Made by a program: the position numbers and the translations under genes. The notes under the pieces were generated by a model. That model had not been told where the DNA came from. It saw only the letters and a list, made by a program, of their open reading frames with translations, and made no database searches. From Deltaproteobacteria bacterium (GTDB lineage Bacteria > Desulfobacterota > Desulfobacteria > Desulfobacterales > JAFDMD01), in the NCBI GenBank assembly GCA_019306185.1, contig JAFDMD010000001.1, positions 1-54,448 on the forward strand: 54,448 nucleotides of DNA, written 5' to 3'. Of this stretch, positions 9,631 through 18,264 are shown piece after piece (within the stretch, counting starts at the first letter, position 1; the number at the start of each line of letters is the position of its first letter).

Positions 9631-10461
9631 ATGAATAAAAAAATAACCATAACAGACATAATAGATAAGAAAAAAGCAAAAATACCGATAACAATGTTAA
9701 CCGCCTATGATTATCCTACCGCCTTGCTTGTAGATGAAGCCGGCATAGACATTATACTTGTAGGCGATTCTCTTGCTATGGTAGTTCTCGGCTATCAAGA
9801 CACAGTATCTATAAGTATAGATGAAATGCTTCATCATGTAAAAGCGGTTACTAGAGTCGCGCAACATTCTCTTGTAATAGGAGATATGCCGTTTGGCTCT
9901 TACAACATATCGGTAAAAGAAGCGGTTGCAAATGCAGTCCTGTTCATGAAAGAAGGCAGAGTATCCGGCGTAAAACTTGAAGGCGGAACAGAGATGTCGC
10001 CTGTAATAGAGGCAATAGTAAAGGCTGGAATTCCCGTTCAGGGGCATATAGGGCTTACTCCGCAAACAATAGCCGCGTTAGGAGGCTTTAAAGTGCAGGG
10101 TAAAAGCGCTAATGCCGCAAAAAAGCTTATTGAAGATGCAAAAGCCATAGAAGATGCGGGCTGTTTTTCTATAGTGCTTGAAGCTATACCCGCTCAGATT
10201 TCAAAAAAAATAACCGAAAGCGTATCTGTTCCAACCATAGGAATAGGAGCCGGAGCAGATTGCGACGGGCAGGTATTAGTTTTACACGATATGATAGGAT
10301 TATTCGATCGTTTTACTCCGAAATTCGTCCGACAGTATGCTTCAATTTCAAAAATAATATCGGCGGCAATAAAAGAATATAAGGATGATGTTGAAAACAA
10401 AAAATTTCCGCAAGAAAAACATTCTTTTGTAATGTCTGATAAGGAGTTGAAAAAATTATAA
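9631..10461 (+). CDS. panB: 3-methyl-2-oxobutanoate hydroxymethyltransferase
   Basis: Typical KPHMT patterns: MLTAYDYPTA, VGDSLAMVVLGY..T, VKLEGG, HIGLTPQ. Start moved to the ATG at 9631, behind AGAGGA, rather than the track's 9592. Confidence 0.9.
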   Translation: MNKKITITDIIDKKKAKIPITMLTAYDYPTALLVDEAGIDIILVGDSLAMVVLGYQDTVSISIDEMLHHVKAVTRVAQHSLVIGDMPFGSYNISVKEAVANAVLFMKEGRVSGVKLEGGTEMSPVIEAIVKAGIPVQGHIGLTPQTIAALGGFKVQGKSANAAKKLIEDAKAIEDAGCFSIVLEAIPAQISKKITESVSVPTIGIGAGADCDGQVLVLHDMIGLFDRFTPKFVRQYASISKIISAAIKEYKDDVENKKFPQEKHSFVMSDKELKKL

Positions 10462-10462
10462 A

Positions 10463-11728
10463 ATGATACCTTTAATAAGAGGCATAAGAGACATATTTCC
10501 GCCGGATTCCGATTTATGGAGGCATATAAAAAACACCGCGGAAAATCTTTTTCAAGATTTCGGCTTTTCCGAAATATTAATACCGATTATGGAAAAAACG
10601 GAGCTGTTTAAAAGAAGCATAGGCGAACAGACCGATATAGTTGAAAAAGAGATGTACACATTTACAGACAGAGACGGAGAATCTACAACATTAAGGCCAG
10701 AAGCTACGGCTTCTATTGTGCGATCTTACATATTTCATAAAATGTATGCCGAGGATCCTATCAGAAAATTTTATACAATAGGACCAATGTTTAGGCGCGA
10801 AAGACCCCAAAAAGGAAGATACAGACAGTTTTATCAAATAGATGCCGAAATATTTGGACAAAGCTCTCCTTATGCAGACGCCCAGCTTATAATAATGTTA
10901 ACAATCTTGATGGACAGACTTGAGGTTAAAGATACTACCCTTCATATAAATTTTTTGGGGTGTTTTAAATGCAGACCCGATTTTAATAATTCGTTTAAGA
11001 AATTTCTTATAAAAATTTCAGATAATTTATGTGAAAACTGCAAGAAAAGAGCCGAAACAAACCCTTTAAGAGTATTAGATTGCAAAAACGAATCCTGCTT
11101 TCAATTAACAGCGGAGGCTCCCCAAATATCCGAATTTTTATGCAAAGAATGCAAAGAGCATTTTGAAACGGTATGCAAGGCTTTAAAAAATACAAATATA
11201 AAATTTCAAATGAACGATAGACTTGTCCGCGGGCTTGATTATTATACAAAAACCGCTTTTGAAATTCAAACCGACGCGCTTGGGGCTCAAAATGCGGTAG
11301 CCGGAGGCGGAAGATACGACGGGCTTGTAAAGCTTCTTGGAGGCCCCGATATGCCGGCTGTAGGATTTGCAATAGGATTTGACAGACTCGCGGAGATAAT
11401 TGCTTTAAATAATATAAATTATGCTCAAAAGCCGGAAATATTTATTGCGGCTTTGGGCAAAAAATGTATAAAAGAGGCTTTTCTGTGGGCGTCTGCTTTA
11501 AATGCCGTAAGAATAAAAACCGAAACCGAATTTTCCGGAAAAAGCCTTAAAAGCCTTATGAGAAGAGCCTGTAAAATAGGGGCGTCAAACGTGATAATAA
11601 TAGGGGATCAGGAATTAGAAAAAAAGGAGGCGGTATTTAGAGATATGAATACAAAAGAGCAGATTGGAATAAAACTTGATAATCCGGTTAAAAATATAAT
11701 GGAAGCGTTAAGCAAAAAAGCCCTATGA
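10463..11728 (+). CDS. hisS: Histidyl-tRNA synthetase
   Basis: Class II motifs: LRPE.T, FRRERPQKGRYRQF, GGGRYD. 421 aa, ends in TGA. Confidence 0.92.
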   Translation: MIPLIRGIRDIFPPDSDLWRHIKNTAENLFQDFGFSEILIPIMEKTELFKRSIGEQTDIVEKEMYTFTDRDGESTTLRPEATASIVRSYIFHKMYAEDPIRKFYTIGPMFRRERPQKGRYRQFYQIDAEIFGQSSPYADAQLIIMLTILMDRLEVKDTTLHINFLGCFKCRPDFNNSFKKFLIKISDNLCENCKKRAETNPLRVLDCKNESCFQLTAEAPQISEFLCKECKEHFETVCKALKNTNIKFQMNDRLVRGLDYYTKTAFEIQTDALGAQNAVAGGGRYDGLVKLLGGPDMPAVGFAIGFDRLAEIIALNNINYAQKPEIFIAALGKKCIKEAFLWASALNAVRIKTETEFSGKSLKSLMRRACKIGASNVIIIGDQELEKKEAVFRDMNTKEQIGIKLDNPVKNIMEALSKKAL

Positions 11729-11749
11729 CTAAAATTTAGAAATAATAAA

Positions 11750-11846
11750 GGGATTTCTCGCTTCGCTCGAAATTACAGGCTTCTTATTTCGGCCGACGAA
11801 CCTTTTTTACTATGTTATTTCGACGAGCAAAGCGAGGAGAAATCTC
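11750..11846. mobile_element. MITE-like unit bounded by inverted repeats GGGATTTCTCGCTTCGCTCG ... CGACGAGCAAAGCGAGGAGAAATCTC
   Basis: The two ends are reverse complements apart from a few indels and mismatches. The same end sequence recurs as solo copies at four other intergenic sites. Confidence 0.6.
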
Positions 11847-11947
11847 ATAATTAAAATATAAACAGAGGAAAGCTATATTATTAAAGATAGTTAAACACAA
11901 TTGTAAAGGAGATGACGATCTCCAAAAGTCCTCTGTCCAACAAAAAA

Positions 11948-12045
11948 TTTTGTTTATTTTCAAGGCATGCGAAAATTTTAACCGCAAGAATACATAAATT
12001 ATTTCGAGGATTAAAATTTGAGCATAACGTAGAAAACCGGTAAAA
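11948..12045 (+). repeat. Palindromic intergenic element, copy 1, sense orientation 39 nt upstream of aspS
   Basis: Looks about 85 percent identical by eye to 25863-25960. Arms TTTTGTTTATTTTC / GAAAACCGGTAAAA. The gene-proximal end contains TTGAGC-N17-TAAAAT (12018-12046). Confidence 0.85.
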
Positions 12046-12084
12046 TACGAAGTTAAACAGAGGGCTTTAAGCAGGGGAAAAGAG

Positions 12085-13863
12085 ATGACAACAAGCATTT
12101 TAAAAAGAACGCATAATTGCAATCAGCTTGGAATATCCGATTTAAATAAAGAGACAACCCTTATGGGCTGGGTTCAAACCAGAAGAGATCACGGCGGGGT
12201 TATATTTGTAGATTTAAGAGACAGAGAAGGGGTTACGCAGGTAGTATTTAATCCGGAATATTCGGCAGGTGTTCATAAACAGGCTCATGTAATAAGAAAC
12301 GAGTTTGTTATAGGAATAAAAGGAATAGTTTCAAAAAGACCGGAAGGAATGATAAATAAAAAACTTGCTACCGGCGAAATAGAAATTATGGCGGATCGGC
12401 TTGAAATATATAACAGCGCGTCAACGCCTCCGTTTTTAATAGAAGAGGATACGGATGCTTCCGAAAATATAAGGCTTAGATACAGATACCTTGATTTAAG
12501 ACGCCCGGATATGCAGAAAAATATAAGAACAAGGCATAAAACCGGCGTGGTTATCCGAAACTTTTTAAATGAAAACGGATATTTGGATATAGAAACTCCG
12601 TTTCTTACAAAAAGCACTCCTGAAGGCGCAAGAGATTATCTTGTTCCTTCAAGAGTAAATTCGGGGCAGTTTTACGCGCTGCCGCAGTCTCCGCAGCTTT
12701 TTAAGCAAGTTTTAATGGTTGCTGGCTTTGATAAATATTATCAGATAGTAAAATGTTTCAGAGACGAAGATTTAAGAGCAGACAGACAGCCGGAATTTAC
12801 CCAGATAGATATAGAAGCCTCTTTTGTAGATAAAGAGGAGATAATGAAACTTTCGGAAAAGATGATGAAAAAAATATTTGACGAGATATTAAATATAAAG
12901 CTTAAAATACCGTTTAACAGGCTTAGTTACGACGAGGCTATGTTGCGATACGGGCTTGATAAACCGGATACAAGATTCGGTTTGGAATTGATTGACATCT
13001 CCGAAATAATGGAAAAATCCGGCTGTAAGGTATTTGCAGATGCGGTAAAAAAAGGAGGAATAGTAAAAGCTATAAACGCAAAAAAATGCGCTTCGTTTTC
13101 CAGAAAAGAGATAGAGCAATTTACCGAATTTGTAGGAGTTTATAATGCAAAGGGGCTTGCGTGGATAAAGATAAAAGAGAATGGAAAATGGCAGTCTCCC
13201 ATCGCAAAGTTTTTTACAGAGCAAGAAATAGATGCGCTTTCCGATAAAATAGATATGCAAAAAGACGATATAATATTTTTTGTGGCGGATAAGCCGAAAG
13301 TAGTAAATGAAGCTTTGGGAAATCTTAGAAATCATCTTGCCGAAAAACTTGATTTAATAGATAAAAATTTATACAACTTTTTATGGGTTACAGATTTTCC
13401 GATGTTTCAATATGATGAAGCCGAAAAAGCTTATCAGGCGTTGCATCATCCTTTTACCTCTCCTAAAAAAGCAGATTTAGATAAACTTGAAACGAATCCT
13501 TTAAGCGTAAAATCGGAAGCTTACGATTTGGTGTTAAACGGTTCCGAAATAGGCGGCGGAAGTATTCGTAATCATAGAACAGATATACAAAAAAAAATTT
13601 TCGGCATACTTGGGATTGAAGAAGAAGGTTATAAAGAGAAATTCGGCTTTTTATTAGAAGCCTTGGAAGCGGGAGCGCCTCCTCACGGAGGAATAGCATT
13701 CGGTTTGGATAGGCTTGTTATGATACTTTGCGGAACAACCTCAATAAGAGAGGTTATAGCGTTTCCAAAAACCCAAAAAGCCGCCTGTCTTTTTACAAAC
13801 GCGCCGTCTGCGGCTTCTAAAATGCAGCTTGAAGAACTTTTTATAAAGGTAAAAAGAGTATAA
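12085..13863 (+). CDS. aspS: Aspartyl-tRNA synthetase, bacterial type
   Basis: 592 aa with an OB-fold N-terminus (GWVQTRRDHGGVIFVDLRD), class II motifs (FRDEDLRADRQPEFTQ, GGGSIR, PPHGGIAFGLDR) and the GAD insertion. Confidence 0.93.
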   Translation: MTTSILKRTHNCNQLGISDLNKETTLMGWVQTRRDHGGVIFVDLRDREGVTQVVFNPEYSAGVHKQAHVIRNEFVIGIKGIVSKRPEGMINKKLATGEIEIMADRLEIYNSASTPPFLIEEDTDASENIRLRYRYLDLRRPDMQKNIRTRHKTGVVIRNFLNENGYLDIETPFLTKSTPEGARDYLVPSRVNSGQFYALPQSPQLFKQVLMVAGFDKYYQIVKCFRDEDLRADRQPEFTQIDIEASFVDKEEIMKLSEKMMKKIFDEILNIKLKIPFNRLSYDEAMLRYGLDKPDTRFGLELIDISEIMEKSGCKVFADAVKKGGIVKAINAKKCASFSRKEIEQFTEFVGVYNAKGLAWIKIKENGKWQSPIAKFFTEQEIDALSDKIDMQKDDIIFFVADKPKVVNEALGNLRNHLAEKLDLIDKNLYNFLWVTDFPMFQYDEAEKAYQALHHPFTSPKKADLDKLETNPLSVKSEAYDLVLNGSEIGGGSIRNHRTDIQKKIFGILGIEEEGYKEKFGFLLEALEAGAPPHGGIAFGLDRLVMILCGTTSIREVIAFPKTQKAACLFTNAPSAASKMQLEELFIKVKRV

Positions 13864-13882
13864 AAAACCGATTTATTAAAGC

Positions 13883-13911
13883 TTGACTTTTACAAATTCC
13901 GCTATTATATA
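13883..13911 (+). promoter_or_regulatory. Sigma70-like promoter for tRNA-Asn (TTGACT-N17-TATATA)
   Basis: Hexamers and 17-nt spacer counted directly. The -10 ends 26 nt upstream of the tRNA 5' end. Confidence 0.5.
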
Positions 13912-13937
13912 GCAGCGCAATATTTGATGCTACTTAT

Positions 13938-14013
13938 TCCCCAGTAGCTCAGTTGGCAGAGCAAGTGGCTGTTAACCACTAGGTCCGCGGTTCGAGTCCG
14001 TGCTGGGGAGCCA
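13938..14013 (+). tRNA. tRNA-Asn (GTT) with encoded CCA
   Basis: Acceptor TCCCCAG/CTGGGGA, anticodon loop CTGTTAA, T-loop TTCGAGT, 3' GCCA. Confidence 0.92.
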
Positions 14014-14020
14014 TTTTTTA

Positions 14021-14060
14021 AAAGGGCGGTTTTTTTTAATAAAACCCGCCCTTTTTTTGT
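14021..14060 (+). terminator. Rho-independent terminator
   Basis: AAAGGGCGG-loop-CCGCCCTTT stem followed by a T7 run. Confidence 0.7.
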
Positions 14061-14243
14061 TTAGTTCCCGCAGAAACATGTTTTATTTTTTTTTACCTTT
14101 TTCAGCCCCATTTTATATCATTAAGAATAGACTGTTTGCCTTAATATAATTCTTGTAAAGATAATTGATATTTTGTATTAATTTCTATAACAAAATTTTT
14201 GTATTCATCTTTTAACCTTTTTAAAATATAGGCTTATTTTAAA

Positions 14244-17162
14244 ATGAACATATCCGATATTACATTAAAAACAAAACAATATAATATTGTTACCGAAGAA
14301 GACGTAAAAATTAAAATAGCAATTCCGATATTAGAAAAACTCGGATATTTTCAATCCGATATGGAGTTTGAAAAAAATATTGAAGTTTTTTACGGAAGAA
14401 AAAAAGCCGGAATAAAATCGGATATTATAGTAAATATAGTTTATGAAAATAAAAAAACTCCGGTTATGGCGGTAGAGGTTAAAAGCCCAAAAAAAAGACT
14501 CGGAGAGATGGAAAAAGAGCAGGCTATCTCTTATGCCCGCCTTCATACCCCGCCTATTAAGTTTGCGGTTATTACAAACGGAAACGAATGGAAAATTTTT
14601 CATACAGGCACAAAAAAAAGAATAAAAGGAGGCGTTCCGAGCGTTTCCGAATTTTTATCCGCCAAATATGATCTGTCCGAAAGGCAGATAGAAGAGAGCA
14701 AAAAATTTGTTGTCGAAGGTTATAAAACCGCAACCGAAATTATTAAGGCTTTGGAAAAATGCCATAATATAATGCGTTCCAACGACGGCTTTACTCCGTT
14801 AGACGCTTTTGACGAGATGATTAAATTAATCTATGCCAAAACCCAAGCCGAAAAAAGAGAAGGCAATAAATTCACAAAAAAATATTTTGAAAAGGAATGC
14901 GCGGCAATTAAAAACGGAAAAACACAGATAGATTACGACAAAGTAAAAAAAGAGATGGGGCGCATTTTTGAAGACGCTATAGAGGACTATCAATACAACG
15001 AAAAATTATTTGATAAAAAAGATAAAATAGAAATCTGCCCGGAATCTGTTTATGAAATAGTCCAAATTTTGGATAATAAAGGTTTTATCCAAACAGATTA
15101 CGAAATAATAGGATACGCTTTTGAAAACTTTTTATCTACGGTTTTTAGAGGAGAAAGATTAGGGCAGTATTTTACTCCTCGTCAAATTGTTGACTTTGCC
15201 ATAGACATGATAGACGTTAACATCGGAGATAAAATAATAGACCCCTGTTTTGGCTCCGGCGGTTTTTTGGTTGCGGCTTTTAAAATACTCAGAGAAAGAA
15301 TAAAAAACGGCGATTATAACGAAGAAAAAGAGAAAAAAGAGATTAAAACCCTTTGCGAAGAATCTTTGTTCGGAACCGATATTAACAAAAGGCTTTCTAT
15401 TGCCTGCAAAATAAACATGTATATTCACGGAGACGGAAGAACCGAAATATATCACAACGACGGTTTGTTAGATAATAAACATATTAAAGAAAACAGTTTT
15501 GATAAAATATTTACAAATCCGCCTTTCGGATCAAAAATCGGAAAACAGGAGATTTTAAAAAAATTTAAGCTTGCAGGCGCGCACAGAAAAATGCAAAGAA
15601 GCGAAGTTCTGTTTTTAGAACGATGCATAAATCTTTTAAAACCGGACGGAGAAATGGCTATTGTTTTGCCGGATATTATTTTAAACGGCGCAAATAATAA
15701 AAAAACGCGAGGTTTTATATTTGATAATTGCCAAATTCTTGCCATAGTATCTTTGCCCGCTCAAACCTTTGTAAAATCTGGGGCAAGCGTAAAAACATCC
15801 CTTCTTTTTTTGAAAAAAAAGCCGCTTTCAAAAATTTGTAGTAATAAAATATTTATGGCTATTCCCGAAAAAGTAGGTTTTGATTCCGCAGGCAGAGAAG
15901 AGGAAAGCCAACTCGGAAAAATTATAGATAGATTTGAAGAGTTTAAAAAAGGAAACGATTTTGAACAGGGCGAAATAATTTTTACGGTACTTGTTAAAAA
16001 TATTGCAGATCGTATAGATCCTAAAGTATATCGTCCGCAAAAAAAGATTAATACCGAGTTTAAAATTGTAAAGTTAAAAGAGTTGATACAAGAAAAAACG
16101 GAAAAGATAAAACCTCAAAATTTTTCTAAAACCTTATTTACAGTTTTGGGAGTCAATAATAATGATGGGGTTTTTGTAAATAAAATAGAACAGGGTAAAA
16201 ACTTAAAACAGCCGCATTATCTAATTGAAAAAAACGATTTTTGTTATAATCCTGCGCGCATAAATATAGGGGCGATAGGCTTGAATAAATTAGAAGGGCA
16301 ACATTATATTATTACAGGATATTATAGAGTTTTTAAAGTAGATGAAACCAGAATAATTCCGGAATTTCTTTTTAATCTCTTTGACTCTGAAAATTTTTTA
16401 AGATTTGTAAAAGAGAATGTTGCAGGGGCTGTCCGAATGGATTTAAAAATTGATGATTTAAAAACATGGCAAATACCCCTGCCCTCTTTGGAATATCAAA
16501 AAATTTTGCTTCAAAAAATAAACAGGCAAAAAGAGACTGCCGCGGCAATGGATGTTGCAATTAAAAATTTTGTAGAAATAGAAGAGGATATTTTTGAAGG
16601 ATTTGAAAAAGTGGAATTAAAGGAACTTATCAAAATAAAAAAACAGACTATTGAACCGCAAAAAAATAAAGATATGGAATTTCATTATATCGGTCTTGAG
16701 CATATAGAAAAAAATTCGGGAACAATTTTTAAAAAGGAGATAGTTAAGGGAAAAAATTTGGCAAGCGCCAAAAATTTATTTAAAAAAGGAGACATCCTTT
16801 ATGGAAAATTGCGTCCTAATTTAAATAAATTATATTTATCCGATTTTGACGGCATCTGTTCGACCGATATTTTGGTTTTTGAAGCAAATAAAGAAAAAAT
16901 TGCCTCCGCTTTTTTAATATATGTTTTATTAAGAAAAAATTTTGTAAAAGAGGTATCCGAAAAAATGAGCGGAGCAAATTTGCCTAGAATTAAAATCGGA
17001 GAGTTAAAAGCTATAAAAATCCCGCTACCGTCGTCTCTTGAAATTCAGAATAACATAGTTAAAAAATTTGACGAGCGATTTGAAAAGGTAAAAATTTTTA
17101 AAGAAACAAAAGAAGAGGCGCAAAATAACCGTAAAAAAATTATAGAAAATATTTTTAAATAG
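14244..17162 (+). CDS. Single-chain restriction-modification enzyme (Type IIB/IIG-like R-M-S fusion)
   Basis: Three parts. Residues 1-130 resemble an HsdR-N-type PD-(D/E)xK domain (SDIIV...AVEVKSP). The centre is a gamma-class N6-adenine methylase (QYFTPR, IIDPCFGSGGFL, TNPPFG). The C-terminus holds two HsdS-like target-recognition domains with conserved helices (GDILYGKLRPNLNK, IPLPSLEYQ, IPLPSSLEIQ). Confidence 0.8.
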   Translation: MNISDITLKTKQYNIVTEEDVKIKIAIPILEKLGYFQSDMEFEKNIEVFYGRKKAGIKSDIIVNIVYENKKTPVMAVEVKSPKKRLGEMEKEQAISYARLHTPPIKFAVITNGNEWKIFHTGTKKRIKGGVPSVSEFLSAKYDLSERQIEESKKFVVEGYKTATEIIKALEKCHNIMRSNDGFTPLDAFDEMIKLIYAKTQAEKREGNKFTKKYFEKECAAIKNGKTQIDYDKVKKEMGRIFEDAIEDYQYNEKLFDKKDKIEICPESVYEIVQILDNKGFIQTDYEIIGYAFENFLSTVFRGERLGQYFTPRQIVDFAIDMIDVNIGDKIIDPCFGSGGFLVAAFKILRERIKNGDYNEEKEKKEIKTLCEESLFGTDINKRLSIACKINMYIHGDGRTEIYHNDGLLDNKHIKENSFDKIFTNPPFGSKIGKQEILKKFKLAGAHRKMQRSEVLFLERCINLLKPDGEMAIVLPDIILNGANNKKTRGFIFDNCQILAIVSLPAQTFVKSGASVKTSLLFLKKKPLSKICSNKIFMAIPEKVGFDSAGREEESQLGKIIDRFEEFKKGNDFEQGEIIFTVLVKNIADRIDPKVYRPQKKINTEFKIVKLKELIQEKTEKIKPQNFSKTLFTVLGVNNNDGVFVNKIEQGKNLKQPHYLIEKNDFCYNPARINIGAIGLNKLEGQHYIITGYYRVFKVDETRIIPEFLFNLFDSENFLRFVKENVAGAVRMDLKIDDLKTWQIPLPSLEYQKILLQKINRQKETAAAMDVAIKNFVEIEEDIFEGFEKVELKELIKIKKQTIEPQKNKDMEFHYIGLEHIEKNSGTIFKKEIVKGKNLASAKNLFKKGDILYGKLRPNLNKLYLSDFDGICSTDILVFEANKEKIASAFLIYVLLRKNFVKEVSEKMSGANLPRIKIGELKAIKIPLPSSLEIQNNIVKKFDERFEKVKIFKETKEEAQNNRKKIIENIFK

Positions 17163-17186
17163 GTTATAATTTCAACCAATAATTAA

Positions 17187-17220
17187 GGGATTTCTCCTCG
17201 CTGCGTTCGTCAAAATGACA
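17187..17220. repeat. Solo GGGATTTCTCCTCGCTGCGTTCGTCAAAATGACA repeat end
   Basis: Reverse complement differs by only about 2 nt from 29762-29792. Confidence 0.8.
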
Positions 17221-17258
17221 AGATAAAAAACCGCTTGCTGACAAGACAAAAAAAATCC

Positions 17259-18260
17259 TTAATTTGTGCGAATCCGAGAATAAACGTCGTCTTCCGGCTT
17301 AATAAATCTGCCCTCTTTTATATAATAATAACCTGCCGCGGCAATCATAGCCCCGTTATCTCCGCAAAGATTATAAGAGGGAAAATAAGCGTTTAATTTT
17401 TTTTTTTTCGCTTTTTCAATTACTTTTTTTCTTAAACCCTCGTTTGCGGCAACCCCGCCCACTATAACTATATTTTTTGTATTTTTTACTATTGCGGCGT
17501 TAATAATTTTATAGCTTAAAACATCGGTTGCAGAATTTTGAAAAGATGCGGCAATATTTACAATCTCTTGTTTATATTCGTTTTTATGGGTTTGTATATA
17601 TCTTAATACTGCGGTTTTTAATCCGCTAAAGCTAAAATCAAAAAGTTCCTTATCCAAATACGGTTTAGGAAAATTTATTTTTAAAGGATCCCCCTTTTTT
17701 GCCAAATCATCTATTATTTTGCCTCCCGGGTATCCAAACCCTAACATTTTAGAAACCTTATCGTAAGCTTCGCCTGCCGCGTCGTCTCTTGTGCGCCCTA
17801 TAAGCGTATATTTAAGCGGAGATTCAACATAATAAATATTTGTATGCCCGCCGGAAGCAAGCAAAGATACAAAAGGAAACTTAGGCGGATTTTTTTCAAG
17901 AAAAATAGAGCAAATATGTCCGCAAAGATGATCTACTCCCGCGCAGGGAATATTTTTTGCAAAAGAAAAAGCTTTTGCAAAAGAAAAACCTACCAACAAA
18001 GAGCCTATAAGCCCGGGACCTCTTGTTGCGGCTACGGCGTTTATATCGTCTATTTTTATTTTTGCTTTTTTAATAGCTTTGTTTACAACCGGAATAATCT
18101 GTTCGTTATGGCTTCTTGAAGCAAGTTCCGGCACAACCCCGCCGAATTGGTGATGAATCTCTACTTGCGAAGATATTACCGAAGATAATATTTTATTTCC
18201 GTCTTTTATAACGGCAGCCGCGGTTTCGTCGCAGGATGTTTCTATTCCGAGTATTAGCAT
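17259..18260 (-). CDS. tsaD: tRNA N6-adenosine threonylcarbamoyltransferase
   Basis: MLILGIETSCDETAAAV start, the HH..GGVVPE.A.R.H pattern, and a Kae1/Gcp ASKHA fold of 333 aa. Confidence 0.92.
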   Translation of the reverse strand: MLILGIETSCDETAAAVIKDGNKILSSVISSQVEIHHQFGGVVPELASRSHNEQIIPVVNKAIKKAKIKIDDINAVAATRGPGLIGSLLVGFSFAKAFSFAKNIPCAGVDHLCGHICSIFLEKNPPKFPFVSLLASGGHTNIYYVESPLKYTLIGRTRDDAAGEAYDKVSKMLGFGYPGGKIIDDLAKKGDPLKINFPKPYLDKELFDFSFSGLKTAVLRYIQTHKNEYKQEIVNIAASFQNSATDVLSYKIINAAIVKNTKNIVIVGGVAANEGLRKKVIEKAKKKKLNAYFPSYNLCGDNGAMIAAAGYYYIKEGRFIKPEDDVYSRIRTN

Positions 18261-18264
18261 AGCA

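Noticed and set aside
11784-12122. 112-aa minus-strand ORF, and the similar 25609-25878 ORF
   Set aside because: Both are composed of the dispersed intergenic repeat modules and overlap the aspS start or clpP end. The repeat sequence explains the open frame.
13938-17162. tRNA-Asn-anchored integrative island carrying the R-M-S gene
   Set aside because: There is no integrase, and no direct repeat of the tRNA 3' end could be found between 17163 and 17258. Only adjacency supports the idea.
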